From positions 3,410,001 through 3,474,000 of the forward strand of contig NC_135664.1 in NCBI RefSeq assembly GCF_964188315.1: a DNA stretch of 64,000 nucleotides. Direction: 5' to 3'. Both the position numbers and the translations under genes were made by a program. Shown here in pieces: positions 1 to 12,118 of the stretch. This DNA comes from Podarcis muralis. Its lineage: Eukaryota. Positions within the stretch are counted from its first letter, which is position 1. Each line of letters starts with the position of its first letter. The notes below the pieces were generated by a model. That model worked only from the letters and a program-made list of their open reading frames with translations. It did not search any database and had not been told where the DNA came from.

Positions 1-84
1 TGGAATTCCTTTATATTCTACACGTCCAACTGCCCCTGTAGCCAACAGTGTATCCCTATCAAAGAGGAGAGAGCACAAAGTGAC
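1..84 (-). other. Candidate exon of the putative minus-strand host gene, running off the window start
   Basis: Minus-strand acceptor 'cctgatttgtttccag|GTCA' at 84. One frame is open to the window edge (VTLCSLLFDRDTLLATGAVGRVEYKGIP); the other two frames stop. Protein not recognised. Confidence 0.2.
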
Positions 85-1288
85 CTGGAAACAAATCAGG
101 ATTTTTTCTAAATGCACAGATACAAGGTGAATCTTGGGGGCAGTGCACCCTAGTAGTATTTTGTGGTATCCATGAGATTTCCTTAGATTTCCTTATGTGC
201 CCCCAGTCCCCCAAACATTGGGGACCCCTGCCTTAAAATTATGGTTTTTCATGGTTTGGACTAATTTCCACACTAGGCGTTCCATTACCCATTTCAGTGT
301 AATGTCTGTAATGAAAATCAGCTGTGTAGGGAACAGATCCACAAGGATCTATCAGTTTCTCCAGCTATCTATAAACCTACCAAGGTGTTATAGCCAAACA
401 GAATTCTTAACAAATCTGTCTCCCTGTGTAGCTAAATTTGCAAAGTGCATTTTGTTCTACCTGATTTGAGTTTCCTCCAAAGAAAAACAGCTTATGGACC
501 AAAAATAGTTTTGTCAAGTGTGAAGAACAGGCTAGATTCAACTCGGTGATGTGTGTCATTCTATTCTATATGTGAAGTACAACATTTGTGTCTGCAAACA
601 GGGTTTTGCACATGGCTGGATGGGGGCTATTTGGCAGAAACCCATCAGGTGAAATTGGTGTGCAAGGGATGATTAATAGACATAATATTTGCTGATGTTC
701 CTAGCTTGAAAACAACATTTCTTGGAGCAGAGACAGCAAGCACATTGATTGTTGATTCAGAAAAGTAATCGGTATGAAAAGCACCTTTTCATCTGACAAA
801 TGCCAAGACCTTTTGGTTTATTGAAGGTCGTATATTCTCTGTGACAGACAACAAGGGAGTCAGTTCAGGAGAAGATTTTTGATATTTAAAATGCAACCAA
901 AAGGACACAATTTCACTGGGTTTAGTCACTAATACAATTTTGGAGAAAGCCAACTGCTATCCATCACCAGGTTTCTGTGATGTCTTTATTGGTGGAATCC
1001 AGGAATAGATCAAGGTAAATGTCTAGCACTTGGTGGCTCTCCCTGGGTCCAATGGTCAAAGGCGGTGTTTTAGTTGCTCATAATTAAGCCTGTTCTACTG
1101 TTGCTTTGTTGTGATGTTCTGTGTCACTATATTGATTTTTTTGGGGAGTAGGCTTCACTGTTGTAATATTAACTTTTATTTTCAGTACATTGCCTTGAAT
1201 AGCTGCCGGAAAGCTGACATACAAATTTATGTGGCAAATAAAACACAATGGCCTTTTATGGGCTGGCATGTCTAGGAATGCATGTCTA

Positions 1289-1644
1289 GGGACATGGGTA
1301 GCGCTATGGGTTAAACCACAGAGCCTAGGGCTTGCTGATCAGAAGGTCGGCGGTTTGAATCCCCGCAATGGGGTGAGCTCCCGTTGCTCAGTCCCTGCTC
1401 CTTCCCACCTAGCAGTTCGAAAGCACACAGTGCAAGTAGATAAATAGGTACCGCTCTGGCGGGAAGGTAAACAGCGTTTCCATGCGCTGCTCTGGTTCGC
1501 CAGAAGCGGCTTAGTCCTGCTGGCCACATGACCCGGAAGCTGTACACTGGCTCCCTCGGCCAGTAAAGCGAGATGAGCGCCACAACCCCAGAGTCGTCTG
1601 CGACTGGACCTAATGGTCAGGGGTCCCTTTACCTTTACCTTTTT
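1289..1644 (+). mobile_element. Sauria SINE (Squam1 type), full length
   Basis: tRNA-like head GGGACATGGGTAGCGCTATGGG, core 'gcagttcgaaagcac...gtagataaataggtaccg', (ACCTTT)n tail, TSD atgtcta(g) at 1282 and 1645. Confidence 0.93.
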
Positions 1645-1689
1645 ATGTCTAGGAAAGGGCTGTTGTGTTTATTTCATTTACATCCTGCC

Positions 1690-1860
1690 TTTCCTCCAAC
1701 AATCACAAGGTTGTGTATGTCATGGTTCTTCTCCACCTCTTACAGCAACCCTGTGAGGTTGGTTAGGAAAAGAGATGGTGACTGGCCCAGTCATGGCTGA
1801 CAGAAGATTTGAACCGGGGTCTCCACAGCTACAGTCTGCCACTCTGACCTCTGCAGACTG
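1690..1860 (-). mobile_element. Degenerate MIR/Squam3-like SINE fragment
   Basis: 'cagcaaccctgtgaggttggttagg...gactggcccag...atttgaaccggggtctcc' resembles the reverse complement of the MIR-type core and B box. Confidence 0.45.
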
Positions 1861-3989
1861 TGCCAGAAATACCCTCTCCTGGCTCCTCCCTGCACCCCAC
1901 CTTGCTCTTGGCAAGGATTGATAACTTTTTTCCCTGTCAGGCAAAATCAATCAATAAATTGCTTGTCATGTTGGAGCCCTGCCAGAAGAAAAAATGTGCA
2001 ATCCTATGGGCTGAGGAAGGGGAGCAATGATGGCACATAACACATACTGTGAGCTTTCTGCTTCTTGGGAACAGCAGTGCGAGGTTGTGCTACATTTCCC
2101 TTGTCTTAAATTGTAGGACATTGCTGCCCCCCCCAGCCCAAATACAGCATGCTGATTTCTGCCCTGCAGCTGAAACTTATATTTATGCCATGCTGTAAAT
2201 CCCCACCCCCCACCCCCCCGCAGGAGTCCCCAGCCACTTGGTCCAGGGTGGGCACAGTTGGAATTCTGAGAAAGTGTTGTGGTTGCCAGTCACAAAATGG
2301 CTGCTGAGAGGGTGTGGTGTAACATCCAACAGAGCAGGAAAAGAGGCAGGGTGATGGCATGCCCATCCATCAACCATCCATGGGAAACGGCACCTGCACT
2401 ACTAGCCACTGCTGTACTCACTCACACTCACACTGACAAAATCCCTCACACTTTGATCTCTGAGGATTAAAGGGAAACTGGAGCAGAGGTGCGAAGCCTT
2501 TTCCAAGTGTCCCTGCACTTCCCTTTTAAGTCTCAGAGATCAGAATCAGACTTAAAGGGGGGAGGGACTTGCAAAAGGCTTTAAGACAGCCCCACACTTC
2601 CACCTGAGCAAACAGGAGTGCAGAAGCAGTCTTAAAGGCTTTGCAAAAGCCTTTTTGAAGTTTTCAAAGGGCACTTTTGCACAGGACTTTAATTCCCACT
2701 CAGCTGATGAGTAGGAATTAAATCACAGTGCCTTGGCTGAACAATTTTGTTTCCTGCTGATAACAGGATCATGCAGCTAATGCAGAATTAAACTCCTGTC
2801 CCCTGCACACCAGCTGATTTCCTCAGTGGGGCCCAATTGGACCCTCTGGTGGGCCAAAACTGGCCTGCAGGCTGGTGGTTCCCAATCCTTGCTCTACCTG
2901 GGAGGTACAACAAAGCCGGCTGAGCACATGCAAGGAAAACATAGCAAGCTTCCTTACCATTGGTACATTGAGCTCAGTATCATCTATAGTATCATCTCCC
3001 TCCCTCCCCAGCCAGTGTGGCCAATGGGCAGGGATGTTGGGAGTTGTCGTCCAGCAATACTGGAGAGTCACAGAGACAGATAGCAGTTCTGGGGGCTTTC
3101 AGATGGCTTTTGCAGCTAACTGGAGATGGCAGGGATTCAATGTGCATATGAAGCACCCCTTCCTTTTATTTCCTCAATTGTGTCGGAAGGAATGCACAGA
3201 GGGCAAGCAGTCAATCTGTGTGATGTGTCCATACTGTGGCTATGGCAAAAATGGATTGGTGACCCAGTAGTATTTCTGACATAAACTTGGTTGTTTTCTA
3301 AATGTGCAGGCAGTTGGACAAGGGAATGAGTCAAAGATTTTTTAGAATGAAAAAGAAATCTAGTTTTGAGTCTTGCGTTGTGTATATTCCCTGTTTGCAA
3401 AAAAACACAGAGAAGGTTTCCTCAGCTATTATCCAGCCTAAATGCAGCATAGCTGTGCCAAGTTCAGTGCTGATTTAAATCTGAGGAGCATTTTGTGAGA
3501 TTATATATATATATATATTCAACAAAAGCCTTCCTGAAGGCACACTTCCTACAGCCGTTTCACCAGTGATGACTAATGAAGCTTCCAGCTACTGCTCACA
3601 GGGGACTGAGACAAGTGTTAGGGTGTGAGAGGCTGAGAATGCATTCAGGCCAGGACTTGGCTGAACTATGAATCAACATATTTGGGCGATTCATCTTCTG
3701 TACCTGATGGAAAAGTGGAAAGAAGCATGCCCCACCATGCAGATGTGCATTACACAAAAGGTCATCCTTTGTCCATCTTAAAAGAAAGATTTCACACATC
3801 AAGACTACCTAGCTGTATAGTTTAGAGAAAGGAGGGCTATGGGTGGGGGGGATGAACAAGGATGGTGAAAATCATATCTTGTTTGTGGACAGAGACTTCC
3901 CGCCTCCCTTTTACTTGATAAAATAAATTATGGTGCCTAAAAGTTTCTAGTGATGCTATCAGGCCCAGCTCTATAAATGGGAACTGTTC

Positions 3990-5350
3990 TCATGTTGCCA
4001 ACCTCTGCACCTTCCTCACGGAGGTCCCATGGAGAAGCACTGCATATGCAGATGAAATCAGCCTTCTTAAAGTCCAGGGGGCATGTCTGACTACTCTCAG
4101 CTTTCCCTTGCCTGTGTATAATGAAATCCAATAGAATACGATCACTTCCTCCCAAGGTTCCCTGTACTTTCACTTCATCATTCAGTACCTTCCTGTTCAT
4201 AAGGACCAGGTCCAAGATAGATGATCCCCTTGTTGCTTCTTCCATCTTCTGGGAAATGAAATTGTCAGCTAGGCAATGGAGGATTTTGTCAGACCTTACT
4301 TTCCTGGCAGAGTTTGAGTTCCAAAAGATATTGGAGAAGTTGAAGTCTCCCATGACTGTTATATATCTCCTTTTTGAATGTTTCATAATCTGCTGTAGTA
4401 AGGCACCATCCAAGTCTTCAGTCTGGCTTGGTGGTCTATAGCAGACCCTTACAGTAAGGTCACTGTTGTTTCTCTCGCCTACAATTTTTACTCATATATT
4501 CTCAATCTGCTTTCCATGCTCCAGGTCATGGATCTCTTCACAAGTGTTACACATTCTTTACACAAAATGCTGCTGCTCCTCTCTTCCTGTTTGGTCTATT
4601 CCTTTTGAACAGGTTATGCCCCTCAAATCCTACATTCCAGTCATGAGTCTCATTCCACCAAGTTTCAATAATGCCTATTAGGTCATATTTGCCATCCTGT
4701 ATTAAGAGCTCAAATTCAAACTGCTTGTTTTCCAAGCTCTGTGCATAAAGACAAGAATACAGACAACTGAAACTATGAGTCATTCCCTCCAGCTATTTCC
4801 TCCCTGAAGTTTCCTGCCCTTTAGCGGGTTTCTGTAGCACCACCTCAGTTTCTTGTGCATCAATGAAGATATTATCCCCAGTGCCAGGTATTTCCCTGTT
4901 GTCTATACAGTGGTACCTCTAGTTATGAACTTAATTCGTTCCGGAGGTCCGTTCTTAACCTGAAACTGTTCTTAACTAGAGGTGTGCTTTCACTAATGGG
5001 GCCTCTTGCTGCCACTGCGCCGCCGGCACACAATTTCTGTTCTCATCCTGGGGCAAAGTTCTCAACTAGAGGTAACTCTTCCAGGTTAGCGGAGTTTGTA
5101 ACCTGAAGCGTTTGTAACCTGAGGCGTTTGTAACTTGAGGTACCACTGTAATATTTTCTCCCTCCCCCTCAGGATTTAGTTTAAAGCTCTCCTGATCAGG
5201 TTTGCAAGACTCTTAGCAAACACATTCTTGCCAGCCGCTGTGAAGCGCAGCCCATCTCTTGCCAGAAGTTCTTCCTCAAAGAAGCCGAGACCACAGTGCA
5301 AGAAGCTAGACCTTTCCTTACAACACCACCTGCACAGCCAATGCTTTACT
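3990..5350 (-). mobile_element. Old CR1 LINE fragment (ORF1 C-terminus plus ORF2 endonuclease), interrupted by a MITE
   Basis: ORFs 4547-4783 (IETWW) and 3937-4413 (GDFN, DLVL) give APE motifs. 5170-5350 encodes [29 protein letters not shown], matching the ORF1 end of the young CR1 at 60971. Frameshifted. Confidence 0.88.
4908..5148. mobile_element. Tigger/pogo-like (Tc1/mariner) MITE
   Basis: TIRs CAGTGGTACCTC / GAGGTACCACTG, TA TSD on both sides, subterminal 'gtaacctga' repeats. Confidence 0.92.
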
Positions 5351-8205
5351 TTTAGTATCTTCCTGTCTCTTTTTAAAAAGCGGATATTGCATTTTAGTTA
5401 CAGCTATGTTGGTTTTTATTATTATTATTCATGCAAGTTATTGTAAAGACAATTAAGAGAAGGTTTACTGTAAATGTCACATGAACAAAAAAAATATGTT
5501 TTCAATGTTGTTTTAACTACATTGAACTCTTTTAACATTTTTTTAAAAAGAGTCACACCATTTTTATTCCCTAATCTTGAAAATCTCCCCGTGCGGAATT
5601 GCTTTGTGATTTATAGGAGCATTTGAAGCCCTGGAGGAGTTGTCTGAATTTCAGTATCATCTCATGCTTTTATTGAAGGGGGGGGGGAGAGTCCTCCAAC
5701 CCACTCCAGTAATTAACATTACACATTAGGCTTTTCTTTCTAACAAGTAAGTGCTCACAGTAATTTTGAGCATCATTTGCTGCATATAATATCACAAGTA
5801 ATTAGTAAGCAGTATTAGGAATTTAGGGAGGGCAGGGGCACATGGCAGTTTGTGTTGCTATTCAAATATATCCTCTCCAAGTGGGGCCTGCAGCAAAATG
5901 CTGGCATGTGGGGGGCTCCTGCTCACTCTTCCAAGTCCCCTTCCCCGCTGCCTTCCATTTCATGCACACTGAGCATGCTCAGCCATCGCTGGACCATTTT
6001 TGAGTCTCCCTCCCCTAGGGCTTTGTTTTTGTACTTTTGCAGAGCCCACTTGCACCTGTGTTTTGTGTGAACAACTGTGTACGGAGTGATTCACTGCAGG
6101 CATTGCAGATGGAATGCTACAGGCAGACCGTCTCTGCAGGAGAACCAGGCTGGGTTACAGAGGAGGGCGGGCTGAGCAGGGGACCACAAGAGCAGGGCAG
6201 GGCAATCAGATTCACACCAAGATGCAAAGGCTTTCGAGTAGATTCAAGGGAACAATGCAGTGTTTGAAGAGCATTGATATTCATCCTCACATCTCTTTAT
6301 CTCGTGAATCCTCTTCTCCCAAGAGCAAATCATGTGCCATATATTAAAATCAGGCTGGATTTCTTATGCACCAAATATAATTCTTCTGAAATTAACTCTG
6401 GGATTGATTGAAGGAACAAGAATAACACCCTCTAGTCATAGTTGTTGAAGGGACCGCCCAATAGCATTTGTTCTTAAGAGTGGGCTGGAGGAATAAGATG
6501 GAGCAAAATTTCAGAGAAAATAAAGGCTTTCAAAAGAGGAGGGATTCAACAAAGAATAGTGGAGGAGAACAGAGAAGGATTATGTCCCAGATGGTAGATG
6601 TTAGCACATAGGGGATAGAAAACTTAGTTGAAAAATATTTTCCCCCTCTGATTTGAGATTACAAGGAACTAGGGGCTGGTGGGAGATACAAATAGGCACC
6701 CACCCCCATACAGATGGAGAAAATCAGGCTGCACACATGCACTTAGTTTGAGAATCAATGGAGACTGTGCTTTTTTCACCCTGTGTAGTCCACACAGAAT
6801 TTGGATCTATTTTGTAAAGATCTATTTGCCCCTGTAAAGCTCTTCTTGAGAAAGTGGTTTCATTCTGACAAATTTTGTGGGAGGTGGTCTTTTTTAAAAA
6901 ACCAATCAATCACAAACTGAAGTGGTGGAAATGTGCAGGTAGAAATGGGAAACTGAGAGAAATTGAAATGAACATATTTGTCCATCGGGGCATCGCTGCT
7001 TCATGATAGCAGTCAACCCTAGGGCATTTCTCCATTTTCTCAGGGCTGAAGGAAAGGTTAGTGGTGGTTGCAAGGTGACTTATCAGATGAAGTGGGGCAG
7101 ATGGGTAAATGGGAAAGCACATCCATCACGGGAGATCCTGAAAAGGGAGGAATTCTTCATCCATCTAAAAGGGCTTTAACTTCTCAGTGTTGAGATGAAA
7201 AGAGAGAAAAATGTGTTAGATCTTGGAGTTCTTCCCCCTCATTGCTGTCATTGATGTTTTGCCTGAGTAAGGATTGACTAAAGAATTAAACCTTGAATTA
7301 CAGGTAAATTCCTTAATTAACATACAGATTTGGTTAAGCAGTGTGCAAGGATGGCTATTGGCAGCTGAGATAAGGGAGAGCAATGGTTGAAAAAAATTAA
7401 ATGGATTAAAACATTTAACTGGCTTTAGGTTGTCTAATGAGTTATTAACAGACTATATAATCCTCCTCTATCCATGTCCTCCACCCGCTGTACTTATTAT
7501 TCTCCAAAGATAAACATGGCTGCTTCCAGTGGGGTTTTGTTTTCAAGTGACTTGTGTCTATATCACTGAAGACCTGCAGCCAGTGAAGGTGAGGATCTGT
7601 AAAGCAATTCAGGGGGCTGGGCAATTATATTTCCCCAGCATGGGGAAACAGCCATTGTGTCCCAGGCTCATTCTACGGTATTTGTAGTGAATAGGACCTT
7701 GAGTGTCAATGTGGGAGAATATCTTGCCAGAGATCCTGGAAAGTCAGGGAAGGTATAAGGTTGCCCAAGGCCTTTTCTAGATTATGGAGACTCTCCTTGA
7801 AAATAACCATATCCTCTGGTTAGGAGTGTGGGATGTGACACATAAGTGGCATTCAAGTACAACATTCCTTGTTTGCCTAGAATGGACATGCAAAGGGAAT
7901 GCTTGTTCCAGTCAGTCGAAAACTTCCTGTTTCCTCCTGGGCTGGAGCATCCTTCCTTTTGCATGTGACTAGAGGTGGGCGTGACCTTACCTTACCTGCA
8001 CAAGGCACAAAGCCCTCCTCCCTTCTTTTTGACTTCCTCTCGTTGTTGAAGCAGCTTTTTAGCTAGAGATGCTTTCAGCCAACAGAGGACAAAGAGACTA
8101 TCTCCATATGGGATAGACTCACATGTATTTTTCTGTAACTAAGTCTGCCTTCAGGGATCCAACTGTGAACTGATGCTGCTGCTGTGAGTAAACTACTTTT
8201 ATATA

Positions 8206-8457
8206 CAGTTATACCTCGGGTTGAATGTGCTTCAGGTTGAGCACTTTCGGGTTGTGCTCCGCGGCAACCCAGAAGTAACGGAGCACGTTACTTCCAGGTT
8301 TCGCTGCTCACGCATGTGCAGACACTCAAAATGATGTCACGTGCATGGGCGGAAGCGGCAAAACATGACCCACAGACGCACCATCGCATCTTACGTTCTG
8401 TTCAGGATGCAAACGGGGCTCTGGAACGGATCCCGTACGCATCCTGAGGTACCACTG
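8206..8457. mobile_element. Tigger/pogo-like MITE with a different internal sequence
   Basis: CAGTTATACCTC ... GAGGTACCACTG termini, TA TSDs at 8204 and 8458. Confidence 0.88.
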
Positions 8458-10093
8458 TACCTTAAATAAGATTGTGGAGTGTTTATTCTTTTAACAGGGA
8501 AATAAGGAATCTTACCAGGAAACTATATTGAGAAGCTTAAACAAAGCTTGCAACCAGCTACCCGCTGTTGCTAGTGCAAATTAGGAAGGATATTAATAAA
8601 CAATATATCCTCTCCGGCCTCCCTGAACATTCCCACAAGGAGTGACAAACCTTGCCTGCTCCATAGGATGAGACAGGATGGCATTTATGCAGTCAAGAAG
8701 ACCAAGGCATTTGGAGAGAAAGAGTGGCATGAGAGTGTGGAATATGAAACAGTCAAAGACCCCACTGGGGTACCAGTAGGCGAAGCTGCATGGGTTTGAT
8801 TGTGTGAGCTTGTGGTGCCCAGTCTGGGGCCTTTGGGTGCTGTTTGACTACAGCTTCTGCAGTCCATGGCATTTGGCCTGCAGTTAAGCAACATCTGTGA
8901 CCTTTGATTTGGCGGTGGGTCATTCTGGGTGATGTGATATGAAGCATAAGTCTGCCAACCCTTGCTCCCTTGACATAGTGACTCCAACAAAATTAGTTAT
9001 TGACTGGATCTATAGAGGAAGAGGGAGACCAGTGAGTGAACAGGCCTGGGGAGGGAGGCAAAGAACTGACCTAGGTGACCCTTTTGGCGCCCTCAATCCT
9101 ACAATTGCAGGAAAAACAATCTTATCATGTCAGTGACTAAGTTTTAAGTCCTCTGTGCACTAACTTACCTGGAAATAAGCCCCTTTATGCACAGCAAGAC
9201 TTACTTCTGAGTAAATAGGAATGGGATAGCAATGCAAGAGAAAACAAAAGTGCACAGGTGAGTTTCCTTTTCTAAACAGTCATATTGACACTGTAAATGT
9301 CATTTAAATAGCCTCACAAGGAAACTTCAAATAAATATATCTCATCATTATGTGTATTTGACTGATTATGTTTCTTCTAACTTCATCCTCCTCTTGTTTT
9401 CTCGGGGGTAAAAGATAATATTTTCCCCCTGACCAGCTTGCTGATTCTTAAAAATTGCTGCAGTTGCATTTGAGTTTATATTACAAACAAGATAAAATTC
9501 CCTAGTCTGTCTCAATTTCTCTCCTAGGAAAGCAGAGTTCAGTCAAACTGCACAATTAATTTGAGATCACTTTTGGGAAGAAGAGGTGTGGGTTAGGAAA
9601 ATATTGTGTGAAGCTCTGCAGCTCTCTTCTGGGGGATTTCAGGTCTATGCAAGGAAGCTTAACTCACTTTCCTATAAAAAGTAGCTCATTGTTTTCCTGG
9701 AACTGTCCTATCAGGTATGTTTTCCTTTAGAATTGCAGGTTGCATCCTTTTCATCCTATGGCAGATGCACACCCTCCATATGCTTGAGTGTCTCGTGCTC
9801 CAGAGCTTGCCTTGTAATACCAGAAAGGTACCTCTTGCACAGCTGAGAATCACAAGATTTGGATGCTCAACCTTTTGTGTGTGCATGTGAATCGTTGCAG
9901 ATGATGTTAAGTATAACAATTTAATTTACTGAGATTGGGAATGTTTAAATGCATTACTGTGTGTTTAATTCTGGAATGTTCCCCAGTAATTATCCACCTT
10001 CCTCGTCCAAAGGAAATATGCATTCTGTTGCCTAATGGCTATGTGGGTTGCAGTGCTGCTATAACCTTATCATCTTTGCATATCAGCAGAGAT

Positions 10094-10456
10094 GGGATGC
10101 GGGTGGCGCTGTGGGTAAAACCTCAGTGCCTAGGACTTGCCGATCGCATGGTCGGTGGTTCGAATCCCCGCGGCGGGGTGCGCTCCTGTCGTTCGGTCCC
10201 AGCGCCTGCCAACCTAGCAGTTCGAAAGCACCTTCGGGTGCAAGTAGATAAATAGGGACCGCTTACCAGCAGGAAGGTAAACGGTGTTCCGTGTGCTGCG
10301 CTGGCTCACCAGATGCAGCTTGTCACGCTTGCCACGTGACCCGGAAGTGTCTGCGGACAGCGCTGGCTCCCGGCCTATAGAGTGAGATGAGCGCACAACC
10401 CTAGAGTCTGGCAAGACTGGCCCGTACGGGCAGGGGTACCTTTACTTTTACCTTTT
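10094..10456 (+). mobile_element. Sauria SINE, second subfamily
   Basis: GGGATGCGGGTGGCGCTGTGGG head, conserved core, ACCTTT-type tail, TSD agagat(gg) at 10088 and 10457. Confidence 0.93.
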
Positions 10457-10968
10457 AGAGATGGACCTTTATGGCCTGATCCCACCAATTCACTGGTGTT
10501 GTTGGGTTTCCCCCAAAAAAGAAGGAACCACTTTGATCACTTAACATGATATATTGATGCTAACTATTCTGATATTTCTCTCTGTGATTTCATCAGCATT
10601 GTGCTCAAAATTGCCACAATATCCTGCTGTGTGATACTGTCTCACCAGCACAGCTGCTGGTGTATCACTTCTGTTCAGCAGTCATGCGCTGGCGCATGAG
10701 TCTTAGGCTTGGGAAGAAGCTCTTTGTAACAGCTGTAGATGTGAACGAAATTTTACACGTGCAATATTGATATCTAGCCAAATAATAATAATGTGAATAA
10801 ATCCTGGGGAGAGATTTGAAATGACTGAAATGACTTGAAAAAGTAGAATCTCTCTCTACTGTTTTTTTTTTTTTGACAAAGTGAAGCTGGGCCCCATAAG
10901 GGCTTATGCATGTTCAGTTGTATTTTTACTTTGAGAAGAAGACTCCCTCTCTCCTCTTCAGAGCTTAC

Positions 10969-11269
10969 CAATACCTGCTTCACAAACTTTTGGCAATTAG
11001 CTATTTGTACAATAAATGCCATGATTGCAGGTGTGCAATGCAGGTTTTGCATTGCATAACCCGTTTCAGAGGGTTTCGTTTTGCAGAATTTGGAATGCTG
11101 GTTCTCATAATTTTGTCATAGTCTGGGAAGAAGGATTCATGAAATAAAGGGAAGCACTAGATGCATGTGAGTAGAGATATGTGCCAAGCACAGAGGCTAT
11201 GTCTATTTCCTGGTCCTGTCTTCTAGTTTCTTGCTGCTCAGTCCATGTGCTTTCAGGGCTGGAACCTTG
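10969..11269 (-). other. Candidate internal (5'UTR / start-codon) exon of the minus-strand gene
   Basis: Long polypyrimidine acceptor 'ttctttctcattttccctttctttgtctaag|CAAG', donor TTG|gtaagc at 10969 (alternative CAG|gtattg at 10975), and an ATG with good Kozak context at 11022 (atcATGG; MAFIVQIANCQKFVKQ). Confidence 0.3.
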
Positions 11270-12032
11270 CTTAGACAAAGAAAGGGAAAATGAGAAAGAA
11301 GGAACCATGTGGGCTAGATTAAGAAGAGAGCGAGGAAGCACAGTCTCCCAGCATTTAGCAACAGCTCTCCGTTTGTGTGTTAAAGCCCACGTTCTATCAT
11401 ACCCGTTTTGGGTTTGTCCTCTGTCACCCAGAATATGATAGTAATTTGTCCATAATTTTTGTGTTCCTAGATAGTTTTCCACTGAATTACTCACTCCGTT
11501 TAAAATTACACTACATTTCATAGGACAGGCCATCAATTTAACAGTGCTTCATAATACACCTTGTTTTGCTTGCAGTTATGTTGATTTGGTAACTACAATT
11601 CAGGTCAACTGACAGTGCAAGCTGAACCATGTCTACTCAGAAGTAAGTCCTATTGAATTCAGTGGGGTATACTGCCAGAAAAATGGGGTTAGGACTGCAG
11701 TCTTTGTCATGATAACTAGGTTGCACTGGAAATCAAAGGTAAGAAGTTATTTATTCTCAGTGAGCTAAAGTTTGGGGATTGGGGCAAATGGCAGGATGAA
11801 CTAAGCCAGTCAGTGAATTAGCATCTTGTTTCCATGTGTTTTGAAAATGTTTTCATTGTACAAAGGAACAGTCGCTGAGAGAAAAAAATAGGGGGGATAG
11901 ACTCTGTAGCTGTAGCTCTAACTGACATAGCCTATAATAATTTGGACACAGGGGAGCTTTGGGTGTTAGGAATGGGGTAACTTCAGCTGGAAAATTCATT
12001 CTTGTATCTTACAGCTGGTTTGCAGGCAACAC

Positions 12033-12118
12033 TTAGAATCAGAGATTTGGAAGGGACCCCGAGAGTCATCTAGTTCAACCCCCTGCAATGCAGGAAAATC
12101 AGCTAAAGCACCCATGAC
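12033..12118 (-). mobile_element. CR1 3'-end fragment
   Basis: 'agaatcagagatttggaagggacccc...tagttcaaccccctgcaatgcagg' is the reverse complement of the CR1 3' terminus. Confidence 0.7.

Noticed and set aside
773-791. Short perfect hairpin ATGAAAAG-CAC-CTTTTCAT
   Set aside because: An 8-bp stem is expected by chance in 64 kb and has no supporting context.
3137-3400. Strong minus-strand acceptor (~3392) followed by AATAAA (~3165), a possible terminal exon
   Set aside because: No recognisable coding frame, and it is hard to reconcile with the other candidate exon further downstream. Unsupported without RNA data.
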